Shown here piece by piece: positions 1 through 12,297 of a stretch of DNA of 64,000 nucleotides. Both the position numbers and the translations under genes were made by a program. This DNA comes from Saccostrea cucullata (lineage: Eukaryota). Every line of letters begins with the position of its first letter. Positions within the stretch are counted from its first letter, which is position 1. The stretch is taken from NCBI RefSeq assembly GCF_032062105.1, contig NW_026921094.1:1-64000 (forward strand), written 5' to 3'. The notes under the pieces were generated by a model that searched no databases, was not told where the DNA came from, and worked only from the letters and a program-made list of their open reading frames with translations.

Positions 1-498
1 AGAAACCAAGCTTTAGTGTTTACTATTATTCAGTAATAGGAATTTGAAGGGGTATCCCCGCTCTCAGACAAGATATTTCTCAATTCAAAATGTTCATTAC
101 AAAGTTTTGAAAATAAATCGGTTATATGGATTATGATTTAGACATTTTCTTCCTTATTTACAAGTTTCAATAAATAATCTGATCACAAGTTTTCGTTCGG
201 GTTTAATTTTCGTTGTTTTCGAGGTATGAAGAGACTCACGAATTCTTGTCCACCACGAAATGTAAAATGTTACATACATGACTACTCGACAATTCTTCAT
301 CCCCGAATTCAAATCCCAAAGAACCAAGAGTTTTTATTCAAACCAAGAAAATTTGACGCCGAGAAAATATGTGATTTTACAGTAACTTTAAACTGATATC
401 TTTTCGCGCAACAATATATTTTACACGATATCTGTGATGCTATCCTTTGCAGTGCAAAATGATATATTTTGGTGAAATATAACTCAAAAGCAATTGTT

Positions 499-1646
499 AA
501 TAATAATAATAATAATACTTTATTTATAGTAGGTAATCCGATTAGTGCATGCGCCGTTCTACCTCGGGGCCTTCTTTAAAACACATGTACACTGGTTTAT
601 ACAATAATAAAGACAATAATCACAAATATGGAACAATCAAATATAAACACTATGTTACAAAAGAATAAATTAAACACTTTCATTTCATTATAAAGTTCAG
701 AGAAATAAAAACATTATTTTTTCATGAAGAACGTTTCATAAGTAAAAAAAATTCAATCCTCTTTTAAATATTGCAAGGGATTGGGAATTCCTGATACTGA
801 TAGGCAACTAATTCCAGATAACAACCCCCTGAATATTGTAAAGAATTTTTAAATAAATTAGTTTTATATTTTGGTAAACAAAGTTCTGAATTTGTCTCTG
901 AGCGTAGCGTGTATGATCCACAACTTTGAAATTAAAAAAAAAATCATGCATATAATCAGGAGACATATCTTGAAATGTTTTGAACATCAGAATGCTTTTC
1001 TGTAAATATAGAAGTTCATGAATGTTAACCAGCCTAAAATGTTAAACAAGGGCATTAAGAGTATATTTTTCATTTAAAATGATCCTAGCTGCTCGTTTTG
1101 AAGTTTATATATTCTATCGATGTGAGTTTGAGGAGAGTTACCCCAAATAGATAGACAATATAAAATTGATGGTAGAATATATGCGTTATAAAATAGCTTT
1201 CTAGTATGTAATGGAAGGAACTTTTTGATTTTTCGTAAAGTAAATAATTTATATGCAAGAGTTTTGCAAAGTGCATCTACCTGACTAGTATATTGAAGAT
1301 TATGATCAATGTGAACACCTAATAATATCTCTGTTGTAACATTTTCAAGGGGTTGGCCAGACAGTTGTAAACGAAGATTAGCGTTTTCTAATTTTGATTT
1401 CTTTTGTTGTGTTCCCATTAACATACACTTAGTTTTGTCAGTATTCAAAATCATCTGATTTTGTTGACACCAGTTTTGTATTTGATAAAGGTCTTGATTG
1501 AGAGTTGCTTCAATATGTGAAATATTGTAACCATGAAAATGCATTGTAGTGTCATCGGCAAACATATCAATATTACAATGTTCAACAGATAATGGTAAAT
1601 CATTCATATATAACAGAAATAACAAAGGACCTAAAATAGAGCCCTG
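499..1646 (-). mobile_element. 5'-truncated CR1/L2-group LINE (RT C-terminal part, 3'UTR, AATAAA and (TTA)n tail)
   Basis: ORF 1074-1661 has QGSILGPLLFLLYMNDLP and MFADDTT RT motifs. (AAT)n run at 499-516 next to tttatt. The flanks rejoin as an empty paralogous site near 14510-14530 (caattgtt|tgatatatgtc). Confidence 0.9.
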
Positions 1647-2651
1647 TTCAATATATGTCATTTTTAAAATTATATATCAACAATTATTTCCAGAATATTA
1701 GAATAATGATTAAATGGGGAAAAAATGGCAACAATATATTTGTTTGTCAAAATTTAATTTTCAATTAAAATAAGTAAAATCATTAATATAATTATTTGAT
1801 TTTTAACATATTCTAAATATACGATATTTCAGACTTGATTTTCTATCAAAGAAATCTGTAATGATGAAATACTCTAGTTTAGTTGTACACATTAGATCTA
1901 ACTGGAACATTACTTGAGAATTCAGAGACATTATTGTAAGCATATTCAATTGCTTAATTCCTGATTTTCAGAACCTAAAAAATAAGAGGCTCTTTTTTCA
2001 TCACAGTGTACAGTGTACAATAAAAGAAACGATCAGAACGACTATAATTTAAAAAGACTGATTAACAAATCAGGGGGGTGATTACTGCTCCATGGCACTT
2101 GATCCCACCGTCTGGGTTTTTAGGATCCCGTGTTTCCTCTGTTACCTTTTTTGCGTTGCTTTGATGGACTTTTGAGCTTCAATATTTTTAGTTATCTTTA
2201 TCATATTCACTCTCCAGCTTAGTTGATAAAAGATATATCTTCTATAGTATGAACATGTTTATAGTAGCTATTATTTTGTAGCTGGGGAGTGCGTATGGTA
2301 CTGGTTTATATTGGTGAATGTTTTCTTATAGATTTAAGATAAATACAATATCAATCTATAACTGCATTTCAATCACATAAGTCACTTAAAAAATCAATAA
2401 CACTGAATAACACTCTCTGTACTATAGGCCGTATTGACATGTAACAATTACGATTCATATAATGGTAGACATTGGAACTACTTAAATAGTAAACTGTTTG
2501 TAGAAATTTAAAATCGATTAAGAATGAGTATTATGACTAAGTCTTCTTTTGTAAAAAAAAAAAATATTTAAAAGTGCAATTAAAATGTTTTTAAAAATAT
2601 TTACAAACAGTAAGGAGGTGGACAGCTCATAAAATTTATCTAACAGTATGT

Positions 2652-4111
2652 TTAAAAGTGAAGATTAAACATATGTTTATATTTGAAAACTTTGACAAGT
2701 CCTCTCGTATTCCCCACCCACAAATTGGATTTGTTCAGTGTTAATGCGGTTGGAAATTGCACTTCACCCCCTGTCAGCAATAACTTTAAGAATCTCCCAG
2801 AAGGACTCAGTAAATGGATCCGATGATTTTTTGCGTCGGTAACAAGTATGTTACAATAGGAATCACATACCACGTCAAACGGATCAAAGTTCTCCTTCGG
2901 GTGGTTGTCAGTCAAGTTACATCCATGATATACACACTTTTTCTTACCAGATGCAGACAAAATCGTCATAGAATTAATAACCCAGTCTACAACACATATG
3001 TCGCTGTTACCATTCTGTGTAATGCGTCTCGGGAAGCTAAAAGTATCTCCATATAAGAATCATAAACACCGATCACCTGTTAGGGTCATATGTCTTATGA
3101 GACTTGTAGAAGTACTCAGGAAACAAGAGTACTCTGTCAGGGCGACCAGAAGACCACCATCCAACGACTCACAGATTCCTAGTGGTTCTAAATCGTCTGT
3201 ATTTGCGATAACAGAGACAGATCCTGAAGGAAATAGTTGGTAATTACCCCCAGGTAGGATAGTTCTCAATAGCAGTAAAAAACCTCACCATTCTTACATA
3301 CACATATATCACAAAGATTTATCATGTATTCTTGTCTATTCCTCCCTTTTATGTTAATTTGATTTAAAGAGTCTGATGAAAAAGACTGGATATAACAAGT
3401 GTCTTCACTACAAACCTCATGTGTACGTACTGGATTTTCTCCATTTTGAAGAGATCCTACTTCACCAGCAATGGCATCAATTGACCAAGTTTGATGCAAG
3501 TCATCAAACAATTTTCCTCTATCGTATTCTAAAGGATATTCAATGTCTTTAATATCAGACTGTAACTGTTTTTCAGAATTTTCAAATTGTCGATCAGGTG
3601 GAAATCTGATATATTTCTGCTGTTGTTCTCAATTAATTCTATGGTGTCAACAAGCTGGTATTTTTTCTTGTCCATCTGAGATTTCAGAGATTTTATTTGT
3701 TCGTTTGTTTTGCTTAAGTGGTTTTTTCAGGTTTTTTTCCATTGTTTTTCTTCATTTCTGTTAGCCTGCAAATGAATTTTCAAAATGCTTCTGTAAAACT
3801 CTGAATTTTTTATCAAACTCAACTTCATTATCCTTTTCCTGTGTTAATTTTTTCTCCTTTTTCTCCTCAAACTTCGGTATGTGTTTCTCCTTTATCTCTG
3901 TTAGGTACGTTTGGAGTTCTTTCCTTCTTTGAACAGCTACATTAGCTAGAGTTTCCCAGTTGTGTTTCTTGTGCTTGGATTTTGCACACTTGGAACAAAT
4001 GAATTCATCACAATCCTAACAGAACATATCAATTCGTTTGTAATGTTTGTCACAAGTTGGAATGTGTTGTTGAGGAGAGCCTAACGCAGATTCGGGTGTG
4101 TTGGTCGCCAT
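2652..4111 (-). pseudogene. B-box/coiled-coil/NHL-like propeller gene, subfamily alpha (3' end gamma-like); disrupted
   Basis: Starts MATNTPESALGSPQQHIPTCDKH at 4111. In-frame TAG in the B-box (~4016-4018) and several frameshifts. C-terminus has FDPFDVVCDSYCNILVTD...LWVGNTRGLVKVF. Confidence 0.9.
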
Positions 4112-4332
4112 TACTAGTTGTATTGACTTCCCATATCCTTATAACGATGGTTGGCGATACGATTCACTAGTTTGTTTGAATTGCGTTGAAAAAGCTTTTA
4201 ATTTTTTATGAATCGCGAATGAGAAGAAAAATCAATAATATGGATTTAAAACATACATGAAGTTATTAAAAGCCTAAATAAACAGGAGCAAACCCTCTTT
4301 CAATTAATCATCCATGAAAACTTGAAAAGAAT

Positions 4333-4334
<2 letters not shown>

Positions 4335-4367
<33 letters not shown>
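4335..4367. repeat. (CT)n microsatellite upstream of alpha gene
   Basis: Direct reading; the homologous position is also CT-rich at 20467 and ~35737. Confidence 0.95.
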
Positions 4368-4370
<3 letters not shown>

Positions 4371-5002
4371 TTCAAATCAACTATTCTAAAATACGAGGGA
4401 TAAACTATTCTCCTAGAAACGAAAGGGTAGGAATATCAATGAACTGACTTAAATTGCATCTCTAAAATAAAGTATTTTAGAATCAATATACTATTACGAA
4501 ACATGGCCAAAATTGAACACGACAATGATACACGTAATTGTATGTAATTGTAAAACAATTTTGGATAAAGTTTTTCTATATTTACAAAAGAAAGAATGAT
4601 TTATGGATTTTGAAATCGAATACTGCTCATTTCTCCATATCCTTAATTTTTTTTTAAATCAAAAATTTGGTACTTTGAAATTAAAGTATAAAGAAATCCG
4701 TTGTTAGAAAGAATTTGGAAATCTTTAAAGCACGATAAATTCTATATAATTGATTGGAAGTAAAAGAAAAGGAACCCCCGATTTTACCCTACTGGGCTTG
4801 TTTGTCAAAAACTTATAGGGAGTAAAATATATGTCTCCAATCTGTTAGTCTGTTTTCAATACTGAATTAACAATGTTAATAACATCTACGAGATACTTTT
4901 CAACATCCTAGGCTACGTGTTCTTCTATACGTCACGATACTCTAAGTGGTAGTGCGTTCACTTTGTGATGGTGGACATCATTCTCGTTCGCCGCGCCGCG
5001 TC

Positions 5003-5731
5003 AAAGAAGATGGGGGATAAGGCGTGCTCAATGCCTATAGCGTCAGATATTAAGAAATCACACTTGATACGTAAATTGAGTATTAAAATTTACTTCTCAT
5101 TATTGAAATTTATGAAGATATGAGGAAAAAAACATTTTCTGAGAGAAAATAAATATCTTGAAAAAATTCCATTTATAAGAATATAAGATACCAGATGGTC
5201 TACGTGGGATTCGAACTCCCAGCAATAAAATACCGATGTATCATATTGCTAACCACTATGCTACATGGCTCATGATTAGAGGCATTTAAATCATGCTTGT
5301 GATACGACCCTTGACTTAATGGACTTGAAGTATTTCTCGGAAAAATGCGAATGTTTTGTCATAAAAGTACACTTTTAAGGTAAAGTGGGTCTTCGCTCCA
5401 TTTTTTTGTAAATCAAAAAATATTTATTTTATCGCAAACTTTTATGATTATCTTAAAAAAAAAATGGAGCGAAGACACACTCATATTTAAAAATTTTGTT
5501 AAAATGTGAAAAAAATGGTCGTTTTTGTTCTTTTAAGTTTGTGTATGCTTTTACATAGGCTAATATTTTCAGTTTTTGTGAGATTTTTATAAATTATAGA
5601 TATTTTTCATTAAGTATACTTTAATATTAAATGAAATATGGAATAAAATTTGGATATAATTGAGATTAAAATTTTCACTTTTTATCTGTCGCGCTATAGG
5701 CATTCTGCCCGCCTTATCCCCCCTTCCTTAA
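5003..5731. mobile_element. Non-autonomous DNA transposon (MITE), Kolobok/piggyBac-like TTAA end
   Basis: Imperfect ~45-bp TIRs (gggggataaggcg..aatgcctatagcg / cgctataggcatt..cgccttatccccc), with TTAA at the right end. Confidence 0.7.
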
Positions 5732-6226
5732 AATGTAAATAATATGCATATCGGCTAAGCCCCCCCCCCCCCCCAGCCCCCCGATTCCGACGCCTATGCA
5801 ATTGATACATGAAAAAGTAGATACATTATGATGTTATATATTATTTAGAGAATCTACATATTTCGTCAATAAATTTATGAACAGCAGCAGAAAAACTATA
5901 ATTTACTGTAAAGGCGAATTAATATCACCACATAATATATATAATAGATTTGTATAAATAGAAACCAAATCAAGCATGAACAAAAGATTAAAAAAGTACT
6001 TATCTAGCATTAGAATTCAATGTAATTTGTGCATGCAAAAAAGAAATGGTACACATTTCAATAAACATAATGGACTACTTACACTGTCTCGTTTATATAG
6101 ATCTATTAAATATACAGTAATGTTTTAACTTGGTATGAATGATATTTGTGTATCGTTCACCAAAAGAATAGTATGATGATGGATTTTACGAAATGTTTGA
6201 TTGAAACGGCCTCTCTGGTTTCTGTC

Positions 6227-6335
6227 TTTAGCTCACCTGAGCTGGAAGCTCAACTGAGCTTTTCTGATCATCCGTAGTCCGTCGTCCGTCCGTCCGTCCG
6301 TCCGTCTGTAAACTTTTCACATTTTCAACTTCTTC

Positions 6336-6370
<35 letters not shown>

Positions 6371-7380
6371 TACAAAGCATCCTTGGGTAAAGGGGAATTT
6401 AAATTGTTAAAATCAAGGGCCAAATAGTCAAGAAAATACAAAAATAGAGTTTGTTCATTAAAAATCTTCTCAAGAACCACTTGCCCAGAAAAACTTAAAC
6501 TTGTGTGGAAGCATCCTGGGGTAGTGTAGGTTCTAAATTGTTCAAATCATGACCGGGTAAGGCGGGGCCACAATAGGGAATCCAAATTTTACATAGAAAT
6601 ATACCGAATAAGTAGAATTTTTAGCGAGGATTTAATTTTGGCATTGTTAGCGAGGATGCTGACATCGCTAAAATTGAATATCGCTAAAAATAAATTGCAT
6701 ATTATTTGTAATAGTTTCTTTAAGTAGCATTTTAAAATCCCTAAAATTACTTCTGGCTAAAAATAAAATACCACTTCTCAGGTAGAAATCGCTAAATTTG
6801 CGTCTCGCTAAAATTTCCACTTATACGATATAGGGAAAATCTTTAAAAATCTTCTTCTCAAGAACCACTGGGCCAGAAAAGCTGAAACTTATGTGGAAGC
6901 ATCTTGGGGTAGTGTAGATTCTAAATTGTTCAAATAATGTCCCCCGGGGGATAGGGTGGGGTCACAAAAGGGAATCCGAGTTTTACATAGAAATATATAG
7001 GAAAAAAAATTTAAAATCTTCTTCTCAAGAACCACTGGGCCAGAAAAACTGAAACTTATGTGGAAGCATCTTGGGGTAGTGTAGATTCTAAATTGTCCTA
7101 ATCATGACCCATGGGGTAGGGCGGTCCATAATGGGGAATCCAAGTTTTACACTGAAATATATATGGAAAAATCTTTGAAAATCTTCTTCTCAAGAACCAT
7201 TGGGCCAGAAAAACTGAAACTTATCTGGAAGCATCTTAGGGTAGGGTAGATTCTACATTGTCCAAATCATGACCCCGGGGGTAGGGCGTGATCACAATTG
7301 GTATTACAAATGGGGAAATCTGTTAAATCACAGCATGGCTTAAGTTTCTCAGCGAGCGATGTGGCCCATGAGCTCTTGTT
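6227..7380 (+). mobile_element. Helentron-associated non-autonomous element (HINE) with (GTCC)n and ~166-bp satellite-like units
   Basis: 5' ttagctcacctgagc, (gtcc)n at ~6283-6305, tandem units starting ~6854, 7021 and 7186, 3' gagcgatgtggcccatg..ctcttgtt. This matches the known oyster HINE / Cg170-type layout. Confidence 0.85.
6602..6830. mobile_element. TA-targeting MITE nested in a satellite unit of the HINE
   Basis: TIRs cgaataagtagaatttttagcgag / ctcgctaaaatttccacttatacg interrupt gaaatata|tagggaaaat. Confidence 0.75.
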
Positions 7381-8008
7381 AATAAGTTCCATTGTTTTGT
7401 AGCATCAGGTACGAATGAGTTTCTAAATAGTTCTAATCTACACCTTGGAACAATAAAATCTAGTTTGTTACGGGTCTTTTACTTATCATGAATTATGAGT
7501 GATAAGTTCAAGACGAGTCACCCGTGGGTATCCGACGATGACATATGTAATGATTTTTCGTTTGCCAAGATCTCAGCAATAAACTGTTAAAGTTAAAGCA
7601 ATAGTCCTTTCGGATGGAACCTTAAAAATCAAACATGATAAAGAACCCTTACTGTTCAGTACCGTGATGGCGAGTACAGGTTGACATTTGAAGCCCTTCC
7701 TCGGCATATGATGTTTTCTCGAATAAGATGTAAAAAATATTATGATCAGTTCTTCCTCGTAGATATGTTTTGCTCTATATTTATAATATAACTAAATACT
7801 AATATGATCAGTTTTTGGTTTTGATAAAATAGTGTCGCCATTGTGATAATTTTGTTGACATATTACAGACAGTTATTACTAACCTGTTCTTGTGACCTTG
7901 CCCTTTGGATATCACATGAATGTACTGTTATTTGATATTACATAAATTTTAATTTCATGATTTCTTTTACATAGATCGTTTAAAATTACAACACGTATAG
8001 TATCATCT

Positions 8009-9959
8009 CTAAGACACCTGGTAAACAGAGCATTGTTTGCCTAAACCTAACAACAATATCTTCTCTCCAGCTGGATGAAGTATAATGTTATAAGAATCGG
8101 TCATGTCACTATCTGCTGGATCAATGACTCTGCTCTCGACGAATCCATGTTTAAACTGTTTAAGTTTAGATGATCTATTGCAAACCAAGATGTTATCTTC
8201 TAAGTCAAATGAGAGTCCTCTAAAATTTTGATCGCAAGGACTCTTACAAATCTCTTTGTCATTCTGATCTACAATTATTACCATCCCATCTCTAAAACAA
8301 TGTGTATCTGACACCAAAGACGACGACACAAAGGGCGCATCTCCATGCTGTTTGTATGGTGAACTATGGTTGATGCAGAAGTCCAAAGAACAAATAAATC
8401 TTGTAGAACGATTGGCAGCAAATACTGCTGTTGGCCCATGAGAAATCGCCAACATGGGTTGTTTCAAGTGAATAGTTTTAAGTTTTGTAAATGTTATAGA
8501 TTTTGTGACATCAATCCGATAATGGTTGATAAAACTTTCAAAAGAAACATAAAATTCATCCATGCTCAAACCGGAGTGACAGAGGTCGTACGGTTTCTGC
8601 TGAAAAATCTCTGTGTGAACACATTCTCCAGTGGAACCACTAATGTCGAAAATCTTCAGCGACCGTTGACTTGTCTGAGATAATATTGTGATTCTGTCAC
8701 TGACAAACAAACCATAATGAGCCGTTTCTGATAAATTTTTAATCTGGGATAATTTCGTTAGGTTTACTTTCATCCAGTCTTTGTGGGTATAGACTAATGA
8801 ACTCCTTAGTAATTTTTCTACTTTCCAAGATTGTTCTTTAGACAATACCACGTCTTCAAATTCTTTTGAATTCGAAATTTGACTAAGAAAGTTCAAGTTG
8901 TCTTGTTTGTAATCTTTGGGAAAATTCCAAATTTGTAAAGACTTTAAACGACAGATGTGGTCAGACATTTGATTTTGCAACTTAAGATTCGTAATAAACA
9001 GTTGTTTTGCTGACCCACTCTTTAACACTGATTGTAGTATTGTTCTTGCCTCATGTATTGTAGTGGAAAACCGTTTCAACTCATCATAAGCTACTTCAAT
9101 GTTTCCAATGGAATCTGCATGCATCTGTTCAAATCGTTTTAACCAATTTGTATGTGAATTGTCCAAAAGTAATTTGATTTCTTCAACTTTATCTTCAGTG
9201 GTCATACATATTTCTTGCTTCTTAATATTGAGTTCGGCTTTTAGATTTAATTTTTCTAACAACATGTCTTCAACATCTTTTTCAAAAGCAATATATTTGG
9301 AAACAATGTTTTGAATGTGATCTCTGACAATTGCCAGAGCTGTATCTTCAACTGTATCTACTTTCTTGAACGATTTATGCTGTTTGACATGACAGACGCT
9401 GCAACATAGCTGCTGGTGGCCGTGGCAAAAAACATCGAGTATCTTTCCTTTGCGCAAGAGACATGGCTCCTCTATCTCGATTTCACTGTTCACCTCCTTG
9501 ATGTTCGCAAGGTTTATAATTTCATGATCCTGTAGACTTGGAACAAGTCTATGAAATGATTTACAATCTTCACAAATAGCTTCCATACATATCTTGCACC
9601 AGTGCCTCGCAGGTATCGTTTTCTCAAAACATACAGTTTTTATTTTCATCTTGCACAGGATCTACTGACAAAGTCAGAACAAGTTTGTTCATAGGTAATT
9701 CTACTGCCCATTCTTCACTTGAAATGTTCTTCCTGGGAGCGTCGACATATCTACGACAAACGGGACATTCGATCGATTTAACCGTGTTGGTTTCCTTATT
9801 TGCTGCCGTACTTGAAATGTAAGTCTGAATACACGGCTCACAGAATGTGTGATAACACGGCAAATACTTCGGTTTTCTTACCTCCTCTAGGCATATTGGA
9901 CAGTGGTATTTATTCCTTTCAATGTTAGCAACAGAGGTTTCGGTTTTTGACTCAGCCAT
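8009..9959 (-). pseudogene. TRIM (RING-Bbox-Bbox-CC-propeller), frameshifted paralog of 36391-38394
   Basis: RING CPICLEE..CYHTFCEPC..CPVC in 9624-9959. An 11-bp deletion at ~9626 relative to 38046-38060 shifts the frame. The rest is open as 8009-9649. Confidence 0.9.
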
Positions 9960-10243
9960 TCAATGGAAAGATGGATATCTGGCCAGCCCCACTGTCTCTC
10001 TTTCCGTTTAAAACTGATAACTATGGAACGTTGATGGTGTTAAAAGTAAATGGGCACGGACACGATTTTATTTTGTTGGTGTGTTTTAGTCCTGTGCGAA
10101 ACGGGAGTGAAGTAATTTATATGGCTGGACCTAAACCGAATCTGGGACCCCTGGCCTGAATTCTTTTGTCCAATTGAGATTTTGCACCGTTAAATTAGTC
10201 GTTTGCTTTACGCAGGTTGATTCTAAGTGTGTTTCTTTGTTGC

Positions 10244-10605
10244 ATCTCTTCATTTCTGTGAGACTACTTATCACTTCATCAAAAAGTTTATGCAAAATTC
10301 GAACACCACAATCAAAATGAGTTTCATTATCCTTTTTCTGTGCTGATATTTCCTTCTTTTTCTCCACAAATTCTGGTATGTCATGCTCCTTTATGTCCGC
10401 TAGGTAAGTAAAAATTGCTCCACTTCTTTAGCTAGCTACGCTAGCTAGTGTGTCCCAGTTGTAATCCTAATGGTCTGGTTTTGCAGACTTAGAGCAAATT
10501 AATCCATCACAATCTTCACAGAACATATGACAGAACGTTCTCTATGTTTGTTACAAGTTGTTCTTGAGGAGACCCAACAGGAGATTCGGGTGGGTTAGTC
10601 GCCAT
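10244..10605 (-). pseudogene. 5' fragment (B-box and start of coiled coil) of a gamma-like gene, directly upstream of the TRIM
   Basis: MATNPPESPVGSPQE start, degenerate B-box, EHDIPEFVEKK...LHKLFDEVI; truncated. Paralog at 43211-43552. Confidence 0.8.
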
Positions 10606-11189
10606 TACAACTCGTGTTGAAATCCCATAGATCTTCCTTAAAAATAGTAGGCGATACGATTTACTGGTTTGTTTGTATAGCGTTTAAAAGGTCGAGACCA
10701 CTACCATATATGGAAGGCAATTTTCATCACGTGACGATATCTTCGTCACACCCGTTCGCCAATCAAATGAATGAGTCTGAAAGCATGACACTCTACTACG
10801 TGTTTACGATTCAAGCGCGACACGTGGTTTTCGTCAGTTTCTGCATAATATTCACTTCGTCACCGGAAAAACCGTAGATCTTCATGAAAAATATGCCTAC
10901 GTGTAAGTCTGTGTGATTCTCACGGCAATAATTTACTCAAAACTTATAAACATTCCTTATATTTACATTTTACATGTTTGGAAGCACCAAAAATATACTC
11001 AATATTAATTTTGAATTTCTCGCTGCCCTATATCGTAAAACTTTTACTAAAGTCGCTGTAGCCTTATTGTGACGTCACATTAACGCACGTTCCTTATTGT
11101 ATATTTCTACACGTGAGTATACACGAAAATGGTTTTCAAATCAATTTTACAGTTGGCTCAGTAAAAAAACACAGCGAATGTAAATATTT

Positions 11190-11760
11190 AAGTATGGATA
11201 GCATACAAAATATCAGAAATTTTTGGTATGCCATAGCAGTAACGGAAAATGAACAGTAATAGAGCCTAAAGGATTTCTAAAAAATCAGATAAAAATCTGC
11301 GACCGTGTCAGAAAACTAAGATCAGGTGACTAGGAGGAGTGACCTGTCCCTGTTGACCATGACTCTCTTCGTGAGCCCTATCAATTGATTAGGAAGTTGA
11401 TTTTTGTAGTCAATTTTAGTAGATGAATAAGGGCTGAAAAATCGGTATAAATCAGGTATTTAATACGATTGTTTATATCCGTAAACAAAGTCATTATAAC
11501 GGTCATTATATCGACCACAGAATGTAAGAAATTCTGATTCTAAAGCCGCCCTTAACGTCCCTTTAACGTCAACTTTTCTGTCAGAAGCCTGTCTTGGCTT
11601 AAACATTTATCGTAGTTTGACTGTGCCCTTGAATATAGAAAATAAGTTGGGAGACAAATCCACCCTGTATAGGTGATAGTAGAATATCACAACATAATTA
11701 AAAAAAACATTACAGTGGAAGAGCTGAAATCTTCTCGTTTATCATGCTTTTCAGTTATTA
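11190..11760 (-). mobile_element. Highly decayed Penelope-like RT/3' end remnant (paralogous copy ~46905-47450)
   Basis: Degenerate match to the gatcaggtg..ggaggagtga..tatcgaccatagaa..tcgtttatc pattern of the better copies at 26.0 and 32.1 kb. Confidence 0.55.
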
Positions 11761-12297
11761 GTTGACCCTAATCGCCTACAGTTAGTAAAACAAAAAGAAA
11801 CACATGTAGAAGACTGGTGTCTTTTATTTCAAATTCACTAGGATACATCAAGTTGACGTATGAATGAAAGTAAGTACATACATTGTTAATTGATTATATA
11901 ATTATATTTTGTCGATAACCGAATGCCGTGCTGAAGACCACAGAAACTGTAGCGCTTTCTTCTCAAATAGATGTTTCTGAATAAATTCACCACCATAGCA
12001 ATATACTGGTATAATCAGGTCGGCTTATACAAGATCACATTTAGATCACATCTGAATCCCAACAGCTTTTTAGAAGATCTTGTCAATGAAAACTCATTTC
12101 ATGTCAACTTCAGAGTTTTTGTATGTGTTAAACCAGAGTGGTTCTTTACGAAAAACAATGTTGAAGACCAATCACAGATGTTAAAAATTCCGAGTTTATT
12201 TCAATGAAAAAGTACTTGTCCAAGTTAAATAAAGTGTAAAGACGGACTCTTCAATAAATTTCTAGAATATCTTAATATCAAAATATCTTAGATATGT

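Noticed and set aside
5200-5270. tRNA gene
   Set aside because: A and B boxes are present but no convincing acceptor or anticodon stems.
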